Origin: a virus
IMG/VR virus record: IMGVR_UViG_3300014834_000354
Location: 37,254 to 101,253 of that record
Strand: one strand, 5' to 3'
Length of the DNA stretch: 64,000 nt
Of the stretch, positions 37,546 to 47,116 are shown one piece after another. Under the pieces are notes generated by a model. That model ran no database searches. It was not told the DNA's origin and saw only the letters and a program-made list of their open reading frames with translations. Every line of letters starts with the position of its first letter. The first letter of the stretch is position 1. The translations under genes were made by a program, and so were the position numbers.

Positions 37546-37944
37546 TCATTTTTCTAACAGATCTGGCACATTTGGAAAAATTCCCATAATTTTTTCAATT
37601 TCACAACATAAATTTTGACATACCGCAATCGGGTCAAGTTTATCTAAATTGAATCCGTAGAGATCATTTTCACACAACACTGCGTTTTCGCCCTTACGAG
37701 CTTCCTCATAAAACGGCAACATGTTAACACCGTCGATGGTTTGGCCGCCTGTTGATAGAAGTACTGCTCGAACAAAACAATCACGTAGGTCACGAAATGT
37801 TATGCCCTTGATTTCTGTTGCTCCCCGTTTACCAGTGCTCGTGTGAGGTTGTCCGTCATACGGGCGATCTCTTTTCATGTTATGATCGTGCCAACCAAGA
37901 TTATGGCCAATTTGATCAAATAGCCGTTCATTATCTGTATTCAT
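37546..37944 (-). CDS. hypothetical protein
   Basis: ORF in the early region. Confidence 0.7.
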   Translation of the reverse strand: MNTDNERLFDQIGHNLGWHDHNMKRDRPYDGQPHTSTGKRGATEIKGITFRDLRDCFVRAVLLSTGGQTIDGVNMLPFYEEARKGENAVLCENDLYGFNLDKLDPIAVCQNLCCEIEKIMGIFPNVPDLLEK

Positions 37945-37973
37945 GATATTTTAGATTGAGAATTTCAAAATAG

Positions 37974-38216
37974 TTAAATTGAAAACCGTTTCCTGATTTT
38001 AGAGATGCAGCGATCAACTACAGCCACAGCACCATCATTCACGCCAAATTCTTCAATTCCGATAGAAGCGCATTCGGCCAGACATTCATAAGCAATCATT
38101 TGTGCAAAAGAATCAAGTTGCTGTGGCGTAAATTGCAATTTATTTTGGTCGGATTCTGCATAATCTGCGCCAACGCTGATTGCTGTTTCTAAATTTTTTC
38201 TATAAATCATGGCCAT
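37974..38216 (-). CDS. FAELIxxEC paralogue family protein
   Basis: SFAQMIAYEC...IRKRFSI. Confidence 0.65.
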   Translation of the reverse strand: MAMIYRKNLETAISVGADYAESDQNKLQFTPQQLDSFAQMIAYECLAECASIGIEEFGVNDGAVAVVDRCISKIRKRFSI

Positions 38217-38239
38217 AATTATTCTCTATCAAATTTGGT

Positions 38240-38434
38240 TTAGGTTCTCAACCAAGCGTCAACGTCGCTTTCGCTATCTAACAGAAGATTTTCTTGCTGC
38301 ATTTCAATCATGCATTTTTTACACACAACCTGATACTTTACTGCTTTTAGAAAATCTCTCGATTCAGATTTTACCCTTACTTCGTATGAATCAATAAATT
38401 TATCAACAACATGTCCGCAGCTTAGAACTACCAT
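38240..38434 (-). CDS. small putative Zn-binding protein
   Basis: CGH...CKKC; GGAG RBS. Confidence 0.6.
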   Translation of the reverse strand: MVVLSCGHVVDKFIDSYEVRVKSESRDFLKAVKYQVVCKKCMIEMQQENLLLDSESDVDAWLRT

Positions 38435-38720
38435 TTTATTCTCCGATCAATAGTGAGAACAATGTGTGTAATAACTGACTGGCCCCTAGGATAGAGACCA
38501 CTATTAGCAATATCATAAAAATAACAACAGCTATTTTCTCAACCACATCAGAAATCATTTTACGATAACCCTCATTTTGCAAAATTATCTTATGTGATAG
38601 TTTCAAGATAAAACATTAAGCTTATATAAAAAATAAGCAAGTAATGCTAATGTTGCTACAATGGTGGTCATTAGGTAAGAAGACTTTTTCATGATGTTGA
38701 ATCCATTTAAGTTAGTAAGC

Positions 38721-39050
38721 TTAAACTGGTTTGGCGGCTTTTCTGATAATGTCAGCAGTCATTTTTTCTGCAACTGATTCATCGACCGCGTATTTGAGAT
38801 CAATCAGAGCATCTGATAAGCTGAACAGGGAATCTGACATCATGTATGCCAATTTTGACAATCTTTCCATGGTGTCTAAACCAGCATAATTGCGCTGAAT
38901 CTTGTCGTTAAATTCTCGTGCCTTTTGTTGTTTTTCTGCTGGGAGCTGTGAAATGTAGTTTTCTAAAATTCGTTGCTTTTCTTCTTCCAGTCCAATTTCG
39001 CCTTTTTCGATATAAATTTTACGAAGTCTTTCAAAGTTAAGATCATCCAT
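38721..39050 (-). CDS. hypothetical early protein
   Basis: GAGGAG RBS, own promoter. Confidence 0.75.
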   Translation of the reverse strand: MDDLNFERLRKIYIEKGEIGLEEEKQRILENYISQLPAEKQQKAREFNDKIQRNYAGLDTMERLSKLAYMMSDSLFSLSDALIDLKYAVDESVAEKMTADIIRKAAKPV

Positions 39051-39090
39051 GGTAGCTCCTCAGTATCAAAGAAGAATTAGCACTTAAACA

Positions 39091-39120
39091 ATTATACTCT
39101 ACAAAATCCAAAAAGTAAAC
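39091..39120 (-). promoter_or_regulatory. early promoter GTTTACT-N17-TATAAT
   Basis: Consensus. Confidence 0.75.
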
Positions 39121-39203
39121 TAAAAAAGAAGTATCAACATAAAGCTGTATGTGTTTGTAGAGATGATTGTTCTTCTTCTACAAGACTGATTTTGCACTTA
39201 TGT

Positions 39204-39431
39204 TTAACGTAACAAGACGAATTCCGCTTCACATATCATATCTTTCAAAGAAAGCGCCTGTTCACGAATGAACTTGACTGTGCTCAACTCAAGATATGTT
39301 TGATATGTCTTGTCAGTAGAAGAGGTAGCATTTTCGATTTGTTGTGATAAAAATTCGCTGTAGTGCGCCAAGGAATTGCGCAGGACTTCAACTTCAGCTG
39401 GCGTAAGACATGTATTCACTGTGTGCTCCAA
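39204..39431 (-). CDS. hypothetical protein
   Basis: ORF. Confidence 0.5.
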   Translation of the reverse strand: MEHTVNTCLTPAEVEVLRNSLAHYSEFLSQQIENATSSTDKTYQTYLELSTVKFIREQALSLKDMICEAEFVLLR

Positions 39432-39442
39432 TTATTTTATGT

Positions 39443-39658
39443 TTATGCTAAGAATTTTCGTCGAATCCGTGTTACTGTGTCTAAACTTGCACCACCTTTA
39501 GATGCCATTGATGAAGTTTCAAGAACAATTTGCTTTATCAAGTTCATTATGCATTCATCAGTAAATGTGTGCGTCAACTGTTTGCTGCCGTCGGACATTG
39601 ATTGGATGCTGTTATACAGTTCAGTGTCGGTTACTAACTTTTTGCAGTGATCATTCAT
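39443..39658 (-). CDS. hypothetical protein
   Basis: GAGG RBS. Confidence 0.6.
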   Translation of the reverse strand: MNDHCKKLVTDTELYNSIQSMSDGSKQLTHTFTDECIMNLIKQIVLETSSMASKGGASLDTVTRIRRKFLA

Positions 39659-39670
39659 TTTAGCCTCGCT

Positions 39671-39895
39671 TCACGGTAATTCGCCGCTGGGCCGAGGCGC
39701 GTTAACCCATTCTCGCCAGTCACCGCGCTTTTGTTGTGAATAGTCCGACATGGCTAGAAGATCAGTGAGCATATAGTATGGTCTCGAACTTTCTACAGCG
39801 TTAGAATCAACTTTTGATGTCGCAGATAATTTACTTGCAGCTAAATCACTTAAGATTGATACATGAATCTTTTCCAAAGGAGATATTTCACACAT
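39671..39895 (-). CDS. hypothetical protein
   Basis: AGGA RBS. Confidence 0.55.
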   Translation of the reverse strand: MCEISPLEKIHVSILSDLAASKLSATSKVDSNAVESSRPYYMLTDLLAMSDYSQQKRGDWREWVNAPRPSGELP

Positions 39896-39948
39896 ATAAT
39901 TTCCTTTATATCATAAAGATGATATTTATTGTCACGCATTGCAACATA

Positions 39949-40248
39949 TTACGCCATATAAAAATCGCACTGAGCCACGTTTGAATAACGCTGAATTAAT
40001 ATGTTTAATCTTTCTACCAATTCATCTTTATCACAGTCTGTAAAATAAATGCCTGATAAACTCAATTCTTTATTGTATAAAAATTTAATCGCGAATTTGC
40101 TACCTGTTGTTGCCTTAACCGTGACAATCCTAAACAGTCCTTGAGCATTTTCTGCTGTTCTATTTCCAAATTCTATCCCCGTGATTTTTCCTCGAATTAG
40201 AGAGTCTAACAGCGGATTCAACTCTTGTCGCGTAATGGTCTTCGTCAT
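39949..40248 (-). CDS. hypothetical protein
   Basis: GGAG RBS. Confidence 0.65.
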   Translation of the reverse strand: MTKTITRQELNPLLDSLIRGKITGIEFGNRTAENAQGLFRIVTVKATTGSKFAIKFLYNKELSLSGIYFTDCDKDELVERLNILIQRYSNVAQCDFYMA

Positions 40249-40261
40249 CAGTGTCTCCCAA

Positions 40262-40588
40262 TCACGGTACAGTAGGTTCAGGAATGTTCATGAGCGCCGC
40301 ATGCCAATAATCTTCCCATTGTGTTAACATCGGATGATCAGGATCTCCGCGCAGATAGCCATCACATTCGGCCATGGCGTAAAGCATGTCTGTAGTCGGA
40401 AGAATTGGCACCTGAACATATTTTCCATTTAACTTTTTTAAATTCGTTAGAGCACCAACAAATTCCGTAACAGCTGATTTACATTCCTCATTAATTGAGG
40501 CGGCCCATGGATCATTTGCAGTATAACTGATAACATTTTCTAATGCCTGCAGCAGACGCCTCGAAGCGCTGTCAAGATCATTCATCAT
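40262..40588 (-). CDS. hypothetical protein
   Basis: GAGGA RBS; VPILPTTDML...WHAAL motif. Confidence 0.7.
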   Translation of the reverse strand: MMNDLDSASRRLLQALENVISYTANDPWAASINEECKSAVTEFVGALTNLKKLNGKYVQVPILPTTDMLYAMAECDGYLRGDPDHPMLTQWEDYWHAALMNIPEPTVP

Positions 40589-40630
40589 ACAACAATCCTC
40601 ACGATTAAATTAAAAACAAACACGCGTTTA

Positions 40631-41044
40631 TCAACGATTAGCCGCCGCCAAGACGTATGTGACAACATCCTTTTTATTTTTCGCAAAAGCCGATACCGGG
40701 GTTTCTCCTCCAAATGCTTTATTAGGTGAAACCCACCATCTATTAACTAAATCTTCAGAACCTAGAAGAGCTAGCAGAGACTTGTTGAGAACTCTTTTTA
40801 TCTTTTTATCCTTTTCTGATTCTTCAGTTGGCGGCTCAATGTCAAAAACTTTTTTAATATAATTAACTGTCAGATTTGCTGGCAACTCTGATTCTTTTTC
40901 TAGCATAATCTCGCAGCAGTGTTCTATGACCATATGCGTATATCGCGTAATTGCTTCTAGGTCCCAACTGTCTGGGACACCATCACACATTAGGCCAGCC
41001 TCATACGCGTAGAATTCTAAGATTTTATTCATCATAATCACCAA
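40631..41044 (-). CDS. paralogue-family domain fused to an Xre/MbcA/ParS antitoxin C-terminal-like (DUF2384) domain
   Basis: N: MNKILEFYAYEAG...MVIEHCC...KKVFDIE; C: LLGSEDLVNRWWVSPNKAFGGETP. Confidence 0.7.
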   Translation of the reverse strand: MVIMMNKILEFYAYEAGLMCDGVPDSWDLEAITRYTHMVIEHCCEIMLEKESELPANLTVNYIKKVFDIEPPTEESEKDKKIKRVLNKSLLALLGSEDLVNRWWVSPNKAFGGETPVSAFAKNKKDVVTYVLAAANR

Positions 41045-41241
41045 CCCGCGTTAGCTAATTCAATTCTTTCACTATCCATCGCTTGAGCAAATTCAAAGTT
41101 GGCCGCGGCCCAAACCGCAAAAAACTCCGCTCGAGTTTTGGCATTAGCTAGATCAGGCGCCGGATCACCAAAAATGTTACACGCTACTTCAAAAGTAATC
41201 GGTGAGGTTTTAGCAAATTCGATAACACGTTCAGTTGACAT
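41038..41241 (-). CDS. hypothetical protein
   Basis: Start at MSTERV with GGAG RBS. Confidence 0.6.
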   Translation of the reverse strand: MSTERVIEFAKTSPITFEVACNIFGDPAPDLANAKTRAEFFAVWAAANFEFAQAMDSERIELANAGW

Positions 41242-41545
41242 CTTTTTTCTCCATTTCAAAGTACTGCTTAATGAGTGATGTGTAAGTACTTGCTGGCTGC
41301 CTATGCAAAACTGCGTTATCTACAACATTAATGCATTGTTCAACTACCAATTTCATGAATTTTTCCAGCCCTTCATTTGGCGTAAGCCATTCGCCATCCG
41401 GCGATAGAGGAATTATAACATATTTCGTTTGATCTGGGAACCTGACTGATGCCAAACCTGCTCGCTTAACTAATTTTTGTAATCCTTCAAATTCTAGTTT
41501 CGGTGGCTCATCTTCAGTATGAAATCTATCATTCATGAAATTCAT
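41231..41545 (-). CDS. FAELIxxEC paralogue family protein
   Basis: KLVKRAG...EKFMKLVVEQCINV...IKQYFEME. Confidence 0.7.
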   Translation of the reverse strand: MNFMNDRFHTEDEPPKLEFEGLQKLVKRAGLASVRFPDQTKYVIIPLSPDGEWLTPNEGLEKFMKLVVEQCINVVDNAVLHRQPASTYTSLIKQYFEMEKKDVN

Positions 41546-41566
41546 GTCATGTCCTTATACTAACTG

Positions 41567-41860
41567 TCATTTATTGTTCGATGAGGTAAAAGGCATTTCA
41601 AATTTTGGAAAAACATTCACACCAGAATTTTGGTTCTGCAAATGAGGATTGGCCAAACGATTAATCTCATTCTGTCTGGCAAGTTCATTTTTAAATTTCT
41701 TCTCTGACAATTGGCGTAATTTTCGCGTATCATGAATTACGTCATCAGAGTAATATGTTTGTAACTCAGGGATTGTTGAATATGAAGTTTGCTCGCCACG
41801 AGCCAAAGCATTATTGCTAAATGCTAGCAATAATGCTGAACAATAGATAATGTGTTTCAT
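41567..41860 (-). CDS. secreted/periplasmic protein
   Basis: Signal peptide MKHIIYCSALLLAFSNNALA. Confidence 0.65.
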   Translation of the reverse strand: MKHIIYCSALLLAFSNNALARGEQTSYSTIPELQTYYSDDVIHDTRKLRQLSEKKFKNELARQNEINRLANPHLQNQNSGVNVFPKFEMPFTSSNNK

Positions 41861-41877
41861 ATGATACCTTTCAGGTA

Positions 41878-42249
41878 TTAATCAGCGTTAGGATTATCTT
41901 GTGCTTTCTGCAATTCTTGTATTTTCTGTTTTAGCTTGACATTTTCCCTTTTCAGATTTGAGAATTCATAATAATTCCAGCCGGCTTCTTTCATCTTTTT
42001 GTTGATCATATCCAATTCATCTCTATCGACTTCACGCAATAGGCTTTCTGGATATATGATCAACTTACCATTATCCCAATCAAAACCTGCAGATACGTTT
42101 TTAACTTCAACTGTTGGTGAAGATCCAACAACGCCTGCTCTTTCAACTTTAATACATACTTTCAGATTTTCAAAGTCACGAGATACCTCATGAATTCTAT
42201 CTAATTTGTTTTTAAAGTCAGACGCTTTCACTTTATCCACCCTATACAT
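41878..42249 (-). CDS. hypothetical protein
   Basis: ORF; C-terminal coiled coil. Confidence 0.65.
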   Translation of the reverse strand: MYRVDKVKASDFKNKLDRIHEVSRDFENLKVCIKVERAGVVGSSPTVEVKNVSAGFDWDNGKLIIYPESLLREVDRDELDMINKKMKEAGWNYYEFSNLKRENVKLKQKIQELQKAQDNPNAD

Positions 42250-42449
42250 AATCCATCAAACACGATTGTGGTATCGCCATCATCTACAAGTTCTAGCTTT
42301 CCGGCCAGGGGTTTGACGATGTCTGTCAGTTGTTCTATTGTATCAAATTCCACGATAGGATGTTCAACTTTATGATGGCTATAGTTGCCATGATCATCAT
42401 AGACCGGCACCCGCCATCTTCCGATATCACGTTTTATGAACTGCGGCAT
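42228..42449 (-). CDS. hypothetical protein
   Basis: Abuts the upstream stop. Confidence 0.6.
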   Translation of the reverse strand: MPQFIKRDIGRWRVPVYDDHGNYSHHKVEHPIVEFDTIEQLTDIVKPLAGKLELVDDGDTTIVFDGLCIGWIK

Positions 42450-42656
42450 TCAATTTGCCCCAAAGTGCCATTTGATTTTTTCAATCACTGAAGCCTTATC
42501 TTCCTTACTCAGCCAATAGAGGTCAATGTTTTCGCATTCTTTCGCGATCAACTTAGCAAAATCCATGAGTTCAAACTCATAAAATTGATAAACTCCAAGG
42601 CTCCGTTTATGAGTGCCGCCAGCTTGTTCAGCTAGTTCTATGATTCGGTTGTCCAT
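42450..42656 (-). CDS. MNERIKEL/FAELIxxEC paralogue family protein
   Basis: MDNRIIELAEQAG...DFAKLIAKEC...IKWHFGA. Confidence 0.8.
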   Translation of the reverse strand: MDNRIIELAEQAGGTHKRSLGVYQFYEFELMDFAKLIAKECENIDLYWLSKEDKASVIEKIKWHFGAN

Positions 42657-42790
42657 TTTATTTCTCCGTGTATGCTCTTATTAATTCGAGGGTTGCATGA
42701 TAAAAAACAAATAGCAGCGTTATTGGAAATAATACTATTGCTAACACTGTCATTAGGTGTAATTTTAAATTTCGAAAATTCATAGTAGTT

Positions 42791-43024
42791 TCAACTCCAG
42801 TGTCTGATTATTCCAAGAATATTAACGCAGAAAAAATATATGTTTGTCCAAAGCATAGTTCTGTTAACGTCAGATTTGTATAATAGATATGCGCCAGTTA
42901 GAGAGGATATTGTAAACAGAAAATAGCCATACAACTCATATTGTAAATTGAGTGCGATTAATAAACTCGCTACTACTGAAAATGAAAACGTGATGACACC
43001 CAGAATATTGTCTAATTTCATCAA
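42791..43024 (-). CDS. small three-TM membrane protein
   Basis: Three hydrophobic segments. Confidence 0.65.
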   Translation of the reverse strand: MMKLDNILGVITFSFSVVASLLIALNLQYELYGYFLFTISSLTGAYLLYKSDVNRTMLWTNIYFFCVNILGIIRHWS

Positions 43025-43404
43025 AATGATCCTAAATCTAAAAGTTTTGAAAGATGCTTTAATTTATTTTTTCTAGTAATCGATATTGGTTTTATTCTCT
43101 TCTTAAAAATCTTACGCCTTTTAATTGGCGCTCTTCTGTTTCTTACCCTCAGCGAAATGAAATCTCCGATATTTTCAATTTCATCTTTCAATCTTGAGAA
43201 TGCACAATCACTTATGACATGCCCAGCTTCAACGTGCCTCTTCAAATGCGAAACGACATCACTGCGTTTGTAAAATTTCGGATCTGTGTTTACGTGACGT
43301 AGAGTTTTTCGTAATGGAATTATTCTACACCCCATGCATGTAATGTAGCCACCATAATGATGGAATACATATGCATCCGAATTTGAGAATCTACAATATG
43401 ACAT
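43021..43404 (-). CDS. Zn-finger-like basic protein
   Basis: MSYCRF, CMGC and HLKRH..AGH. Confidence 0.65.
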   Translation of the reverse strand: MSYCRFSNSDAYVFHHYGGYITCMGCRIIPLRKTLRHVNTDPKFYKRSDVVSHLKRHVEAGHVISDCAFSRLKDEIENIGDFISLRVRNRRAPIKRRKIFKKRIKPISITRKNKLKHLSKLLDLGSF

Positions 43405-43405
43405 T

Positions 43406-43618
43406 TTAAATTATCCCCGGAATTATCATGAACGATACATTAACATTCTTTTTATTCTGCATCCTGCATCTCAATCTATCTACATATTCCTGTGCTTCTT
43501 TTAAATTAGACCATATTCTTGTGTTACCGTTTAATTTACAAAAATAAGACTTAACGACCGGTTCATCAATCTTTTCAGAAATTCCAAACGTACCAATAAC
43601 TAAAATTGAAAATGACAT
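43406..43618 (-). CDS. hypothetical protein
   Basis: Operon ORF. Confidence 0.55.
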   Translation of the reverse strand: MSFSILVIGTFGISEKIDEPVVKSYFCKLNGNTRIWSNLKEAQEYVDRLRCRMQNKKNVNVSFMIIPGII

Positions 43619-43624
43619 AAAATA

Positions 43625-44158
43625 TTATACACCAATTATGAATTCAAAATTCTTTAATTGGTTAGGAAATATCATCCAGCCAGAATAATTTGATTTTCTA
43701 TTGATTTGTTCTTTTGATATACCGCCTTCAAAAATTGCTTGACCATTTCTGCAATCAAAACACAGATAGATTAAATTAATGTTCAACTGATTTGCCGTCA
43801 AATGTTCCCAATCGCTTTGAGTGTAGCATGTTGAAGATTTATGGAATCTACCTTTGACGTCTATAAAAATATCATTAAATGAAAAATCTGCTATGAGCGC
43901 GTCTGACAATCCCACATCAACATCGCGCGAAATGAAATATTCTGCCACGGCATATTGTAACATAAGCCCGTTCAACGCATCTTCTAAATGTCTATCTTTG
44001 CTTCTACCTTTTCTGCCCGTTGCTGAACTTGCTATTTCTTCCGCTTCAGCAAGACAGTCTTCCCTAAGATGAGCGTACTCAATAATTAGGCCTTTATTAA
44101 GAATTAATTTTGTTTCTACGCTCATGTTAATATGAATTGTTTTAAGGTTTAAAGTCAA
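43625..44158 (-). CDS. putative PD-(D/E)XK-like nuclease
   Basis: ADFSFNDIFIDVKG motif; start possibly 44125. Confidence 0.5.
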   Translation of the reverse strand: MTLNLKTIHINMSVETKLILNKGLIIEYAHLREDCLAEAEEIASSATGRKGRSKDRHLEDALNGLMLQYAVAEYFISRDVDVGLSDALIADFSFNDIFIDVKGRFHKSSTCYTQSDWEHLTANQLNINLIYLCFDCRNGQAIFEGGISKEQINRKSNYSGWMIFPNQLKNFEFIIGV

Positions 44159-44624
44159 CTATGGTTACCGAACCGCCTTTTGATTCAATTTTTTTAGAGA
44201 AAATATTAATCATTGAAATTATTCGTTCTTTGCAGCCTCCGGCTAATCCTGTACCGATCATAGGAAATCCAAAATTGGCACCATTTAAAACGGGATTTTC
44301 CGAAAGCGAATTTAATATTTTTTGGAATGCATCATACTCAAAAACATCCCTGCCGTATCTACTCATGTCGTACTGAGTATACGCGTTAACAATTGCAAAC
44401 ATGAGATTATTCACGTCAGGCGCTAAGGCAAATGTGAAGGTGCCTAATTTTGTTTTATCGCCAGCTTTAGTTTTTAAATCTGCTTTATACGCATCTGGCC
44501 ACAACTTTTTAATTTTAGCAGCAATGCCTGCACCCATGATACAGAAACAATTGCACCCGTGGACAATAACATCAAAAGATCCACGGTGTGCCATTTCCAA
44601 TAAATCACCTTCAACTATTTTCAT
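44142..44624 (-). CDS. macrodomain (ADP-ribose binding/hydrolase) protein
   Basis: GDLL, HGCNC..MGAGIA, NAYTQY and FPMIGTGLAGG. Confidence 0.92.
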   Translation of the reverse strand: MKIVEGDLLEMAHRGSFDVIVHGCNCFCIMGAGIAAKIKKLWPDAYKADLKTKAGDKTKLGTFTFALAPDVNNLMFAIVNAYTQYDMSRYGRDVFEYDAFQKILNSLSENPVLNGANFGFPMIGTGLAGGCKERIISMINIFSKKIESKGGSVTIVDFKP

Positions 44625-45036
44625 TTTTTACAAAATTTGGGACAATCACATTATCATAAATCTGTTCCATTTGGGACCAGAGCGCTTTTCGTTCAGAGTC
44701 TGTCATGCCAGATGATAATAGCGAAGTTTTTTCTTTATTAAGACCAAAATCATGTCTTACTGAATAGCACATTGATGAAATGATTTCATCGCGCTTTGAT
44801 TTTTTATTTGTTTCTTTAATGATACATGATTCTTTAAGTTTTTCAAATAGCGCTTGAAGTAACGCTGCCGATTCCTGACGCGTATACCCTTCATCCATCA
44901 AATAAAATTTTTGTACATCGCGATCAAGCGCGTATGAGATGATTCCTTTTTCGCCATCGCGTGTTTGCCATTCAAAGCGCAAATTCACTCCATATAATTT
45001 GGAAATATTGAAATTGCGCATAGTGTTTTCTGGCAT
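44611..45036 (-). CDS. hypothetical protein
   Basis: AGGAG RBS. Confidence 0.7.
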   Translation of the reverse strand: MPENTMRNFNISKLYGVNLRFEWQTRDGEKGIISYALDRDVQKFYLMDEGYTRQESAALLQALFEKLKESCIIKETNKKSKRDEIISSMCYSVRHDFGLNKEKTSLLSSGMTDSERKALWSQMEQIYDNVIVPNFVKNENS

Positions 45037-45063
45037 GATTACTCTCCTTAGATGTATTCTCTC

Positions 45064-45336
45064 TTATTCTATAAATTCAGCAACAAAATATCTGGGCTTT
45101 ATAGTTTTTATACATTCTAACGCCCGCTCAACTGAATACCCACACTGTGATACAAGTTTTTGCATAATTTCTCTTTTGCGTGATTCAATAAGTTGATCGC
45201 ATACTTCTACTGCATCGCTCAAATCTTGAAAATCAAATAACAGGTTATGTTTTCCAACATCAGCTAAATCCTTTATTTTTTCTTTTTCAGCATTCGTCAT
45301 ATATGACGTGTCTATAAAAACGCCCCACACTTTCAT
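45064..45336 (-). CDS. hypothetical protein
   Basis: AGGA RBS. Confidence 0.65.
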   Translation of the reverse strand: MKVWGVFIDTSYMTNAEKEKIKDLADVGKHNLLFDFQDLSDAVEVCDQLIESRKREIMQKLVSQCGYSVERALECIKTIKPRYFVAEFIE

Positions 45337-45430
45337 TGTCCTTCCTCTTATTATACAAAGATTAATTTAATTAATCAGCTATTGCAAACATGTTATTTAC
45401 ATAATTTGCACTGGCGCTTTTATTATGATA

Positions 45431-45733
45431 TTATTTTAAATGTTTTGGAGTTGTTAATTTTCTTAATCTCTCCAGTGCCTCTTCATGATCATTATAAAAT
45501 TCAAAAATCTCATAGCCCAAAGTTTCTTTTTGTCTTTTTATCCAGGCGTTAACTTCAGCGCCAAGAGTTCTAAATCCCGGCGATCGTTTATAAACACTAT
45601 ATCCCCATATGATAAGTTTATCATCATGCGATTTCTTTAATGTACAGCAAATAATACTCGGGAAACAGTTAACACCGTAAACACACCATAGAGGCTTATT
45701 ATGCCATTCCTCATCTTCCGAAAAAACTCGCAT
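45431..45733 (-). CDS. hypothetical protein
   Basis: TGATG overlap with the ligase gene. Confidence 0.65.
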   Translation of the reverse strand: MRVFSEDEEWHNKPLWCVYGVNCFPSIICCTLKKSHDDKLIIWGYSVYKRSPGFRTLGAEVNAWIKRQKETLGYEIFEFYNDHEEALERLRKLTTPKHLK

Positions 45734-46809
45734 CAGTCACCGCCCTTCAAAAGAAATAAATTGGAAATTGCTTTGAAGCTAAACTTACCATCCATACGTT
45801 TGAACACTACGCCTTCCCTAATTGAATTCTTTAAGCTTTCACCTTCAGCGAACTTTAAAAGTTGATCAACGTTATTGATACCAAGTTCACTTAGGCTTTT
45901 ATCATAGTGCAATGATGGCACATGCCAGAGTACATCATTCTCTGTTTTGGTGTCTTTCAAAATATTAAAAATTTCAGACCTTTCGGCAGGAGAAAGATAT
46001 TTGCTATTGTCGATGTCATAGATGTCATAGACAAACAGCGCATGCTTAGTTAGCTTTTCCCTATTACCTTGGACACCAGGGCCCATGATTTCACCCTGAA
46101 CAGCAATATTTTTACCAAGTTTGACTAACGATTCGTTTAAGCCAGTGTCAAACAGCATTTTGACCAGCGTGTTGTCTTTGTTCTCTTCATTAATTTTTAA
46201 TTCTAGGTTCCTGCTACAAACACCGAGCTCACCATCTTTATGGTAGATAGTGCAGCTTGAACCATCTAGCTTCATGGTCACTTCATATTTCTCATTCGCA
46301 TTTTGATTAAAAATTTCGTCAATCAGATTTTGACAACGCTCTTGATCTGTCTTACGAATGAAAGATGGAAAATCGCCCTTGACTTGTCCTGCTAATGATG
46401 CTGGGATGGGTCTTTCCCACTTGTTAATATTTAGCCATTGAGAAACGTCATCGCCTTCTTGAAAGATGTGCTCAAAGCCAGAACTGTTGCTAATCATTAC
46501 GCCAGTTGGCGTAGTGCATCTTGGCTTTAAAAGCAGTCCCTGGCTAAGCTGACCTCTAAGAGAAACTGAACGCAATCTATTTCCCTTGACGCCATTATAT
46601 TCCTTTGGTTCCTGTCCCTTACTTAAGAATGGTGCAAGCTCATGCGGAATAAATGAATCAATTTCGCAATAGACTGCCAAATCGTTTTTGACAAATTCTC
46701 CCTTTTTCGCGACAACTGTCCATCCGTCAATAACGCAACACTCGATAGCATCTGCGCCCGCAATCGGGCGAACGTCTGAGATTTTTCTGATGCTAGCTAA
46801 TTTTCTCAT
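45733..46809 (-). CDS. RNA ligase, DRB0094 (Rnl5) family
   Basis: MRKLASIRKI, LRGQLSQGLL, KTDQER, KLDGSS, REGVVFK and SFKAISN. Confidence 0.92.
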   Translation of the reverse strand: MRKLASIRKISDVRPIAGADAIECCVIDGWTVVAKKGEFVKNDLAVYCEIDSFIPHELAPFLSKGQEPKEYNGVKGNRLRSVSLRGQLSQGLLLKPRCTTPTGVMISNSSGFEHIFQEGDDVSQWLNINKWERPIPASLAGQVKGDFPSFIRKTDQERCQNLIDEIFNQNANEKYEVTMKLDGSSCTIYHKDGELGVCSRNLELKINEENKDNTLVKMLFDTGLNESLVKLGKNIAVQGEIMGPGVQGNREKLTKHALFVYDIYDIDNSKYLSPAERSEIFNILKDTKTENDVLWHVPSLHYDKSLSELGINNVDQLLKFAEGESLKNSIREGVVFKRMDGKFSFKAISNLFLLKGGD

Positions 46810-46825
46810 TTTAAAAGCTCCTCAA

Positions 46826-47092
46826 TTATTCTTTATTCAGTTCATCAGCTCGCTTGCAGTGCTCATCATAGGCACACTCAGCGTATCCCTGTGAACGTCC
46901 ATCATTCCACATTTTTTGAATTACGCATTTTGCGGTAGCGTTTCCAACACCAGCTTCGATCAATTTTTCAAAAATAAATTGCGCATTTGATTTTGCGTCT
47001 TTCATAACATGCGGATTGACGCCAAAGAAAAATGTTAAGTCTAATGCTTCAGTCATATTAAGAGAAGTGAACTGGCAAGTTTGTGTATTCAT
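46826..47092 (-). CDS. hypothetical protein
   Basis: ORF. Confidence 0.6.
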   Translation of the reverse strand: MNTQTCQFTSLNMTEALDLTFFFGVNPHVMKDAKSNAQFIFEKLIEAGVGNATAKCVIQKMWNDGRSQGYAECAYDEHCKRADELNKE

Positions 47093-47116
47093 GATTTGAA
47101 TTATATCATAAATTGT

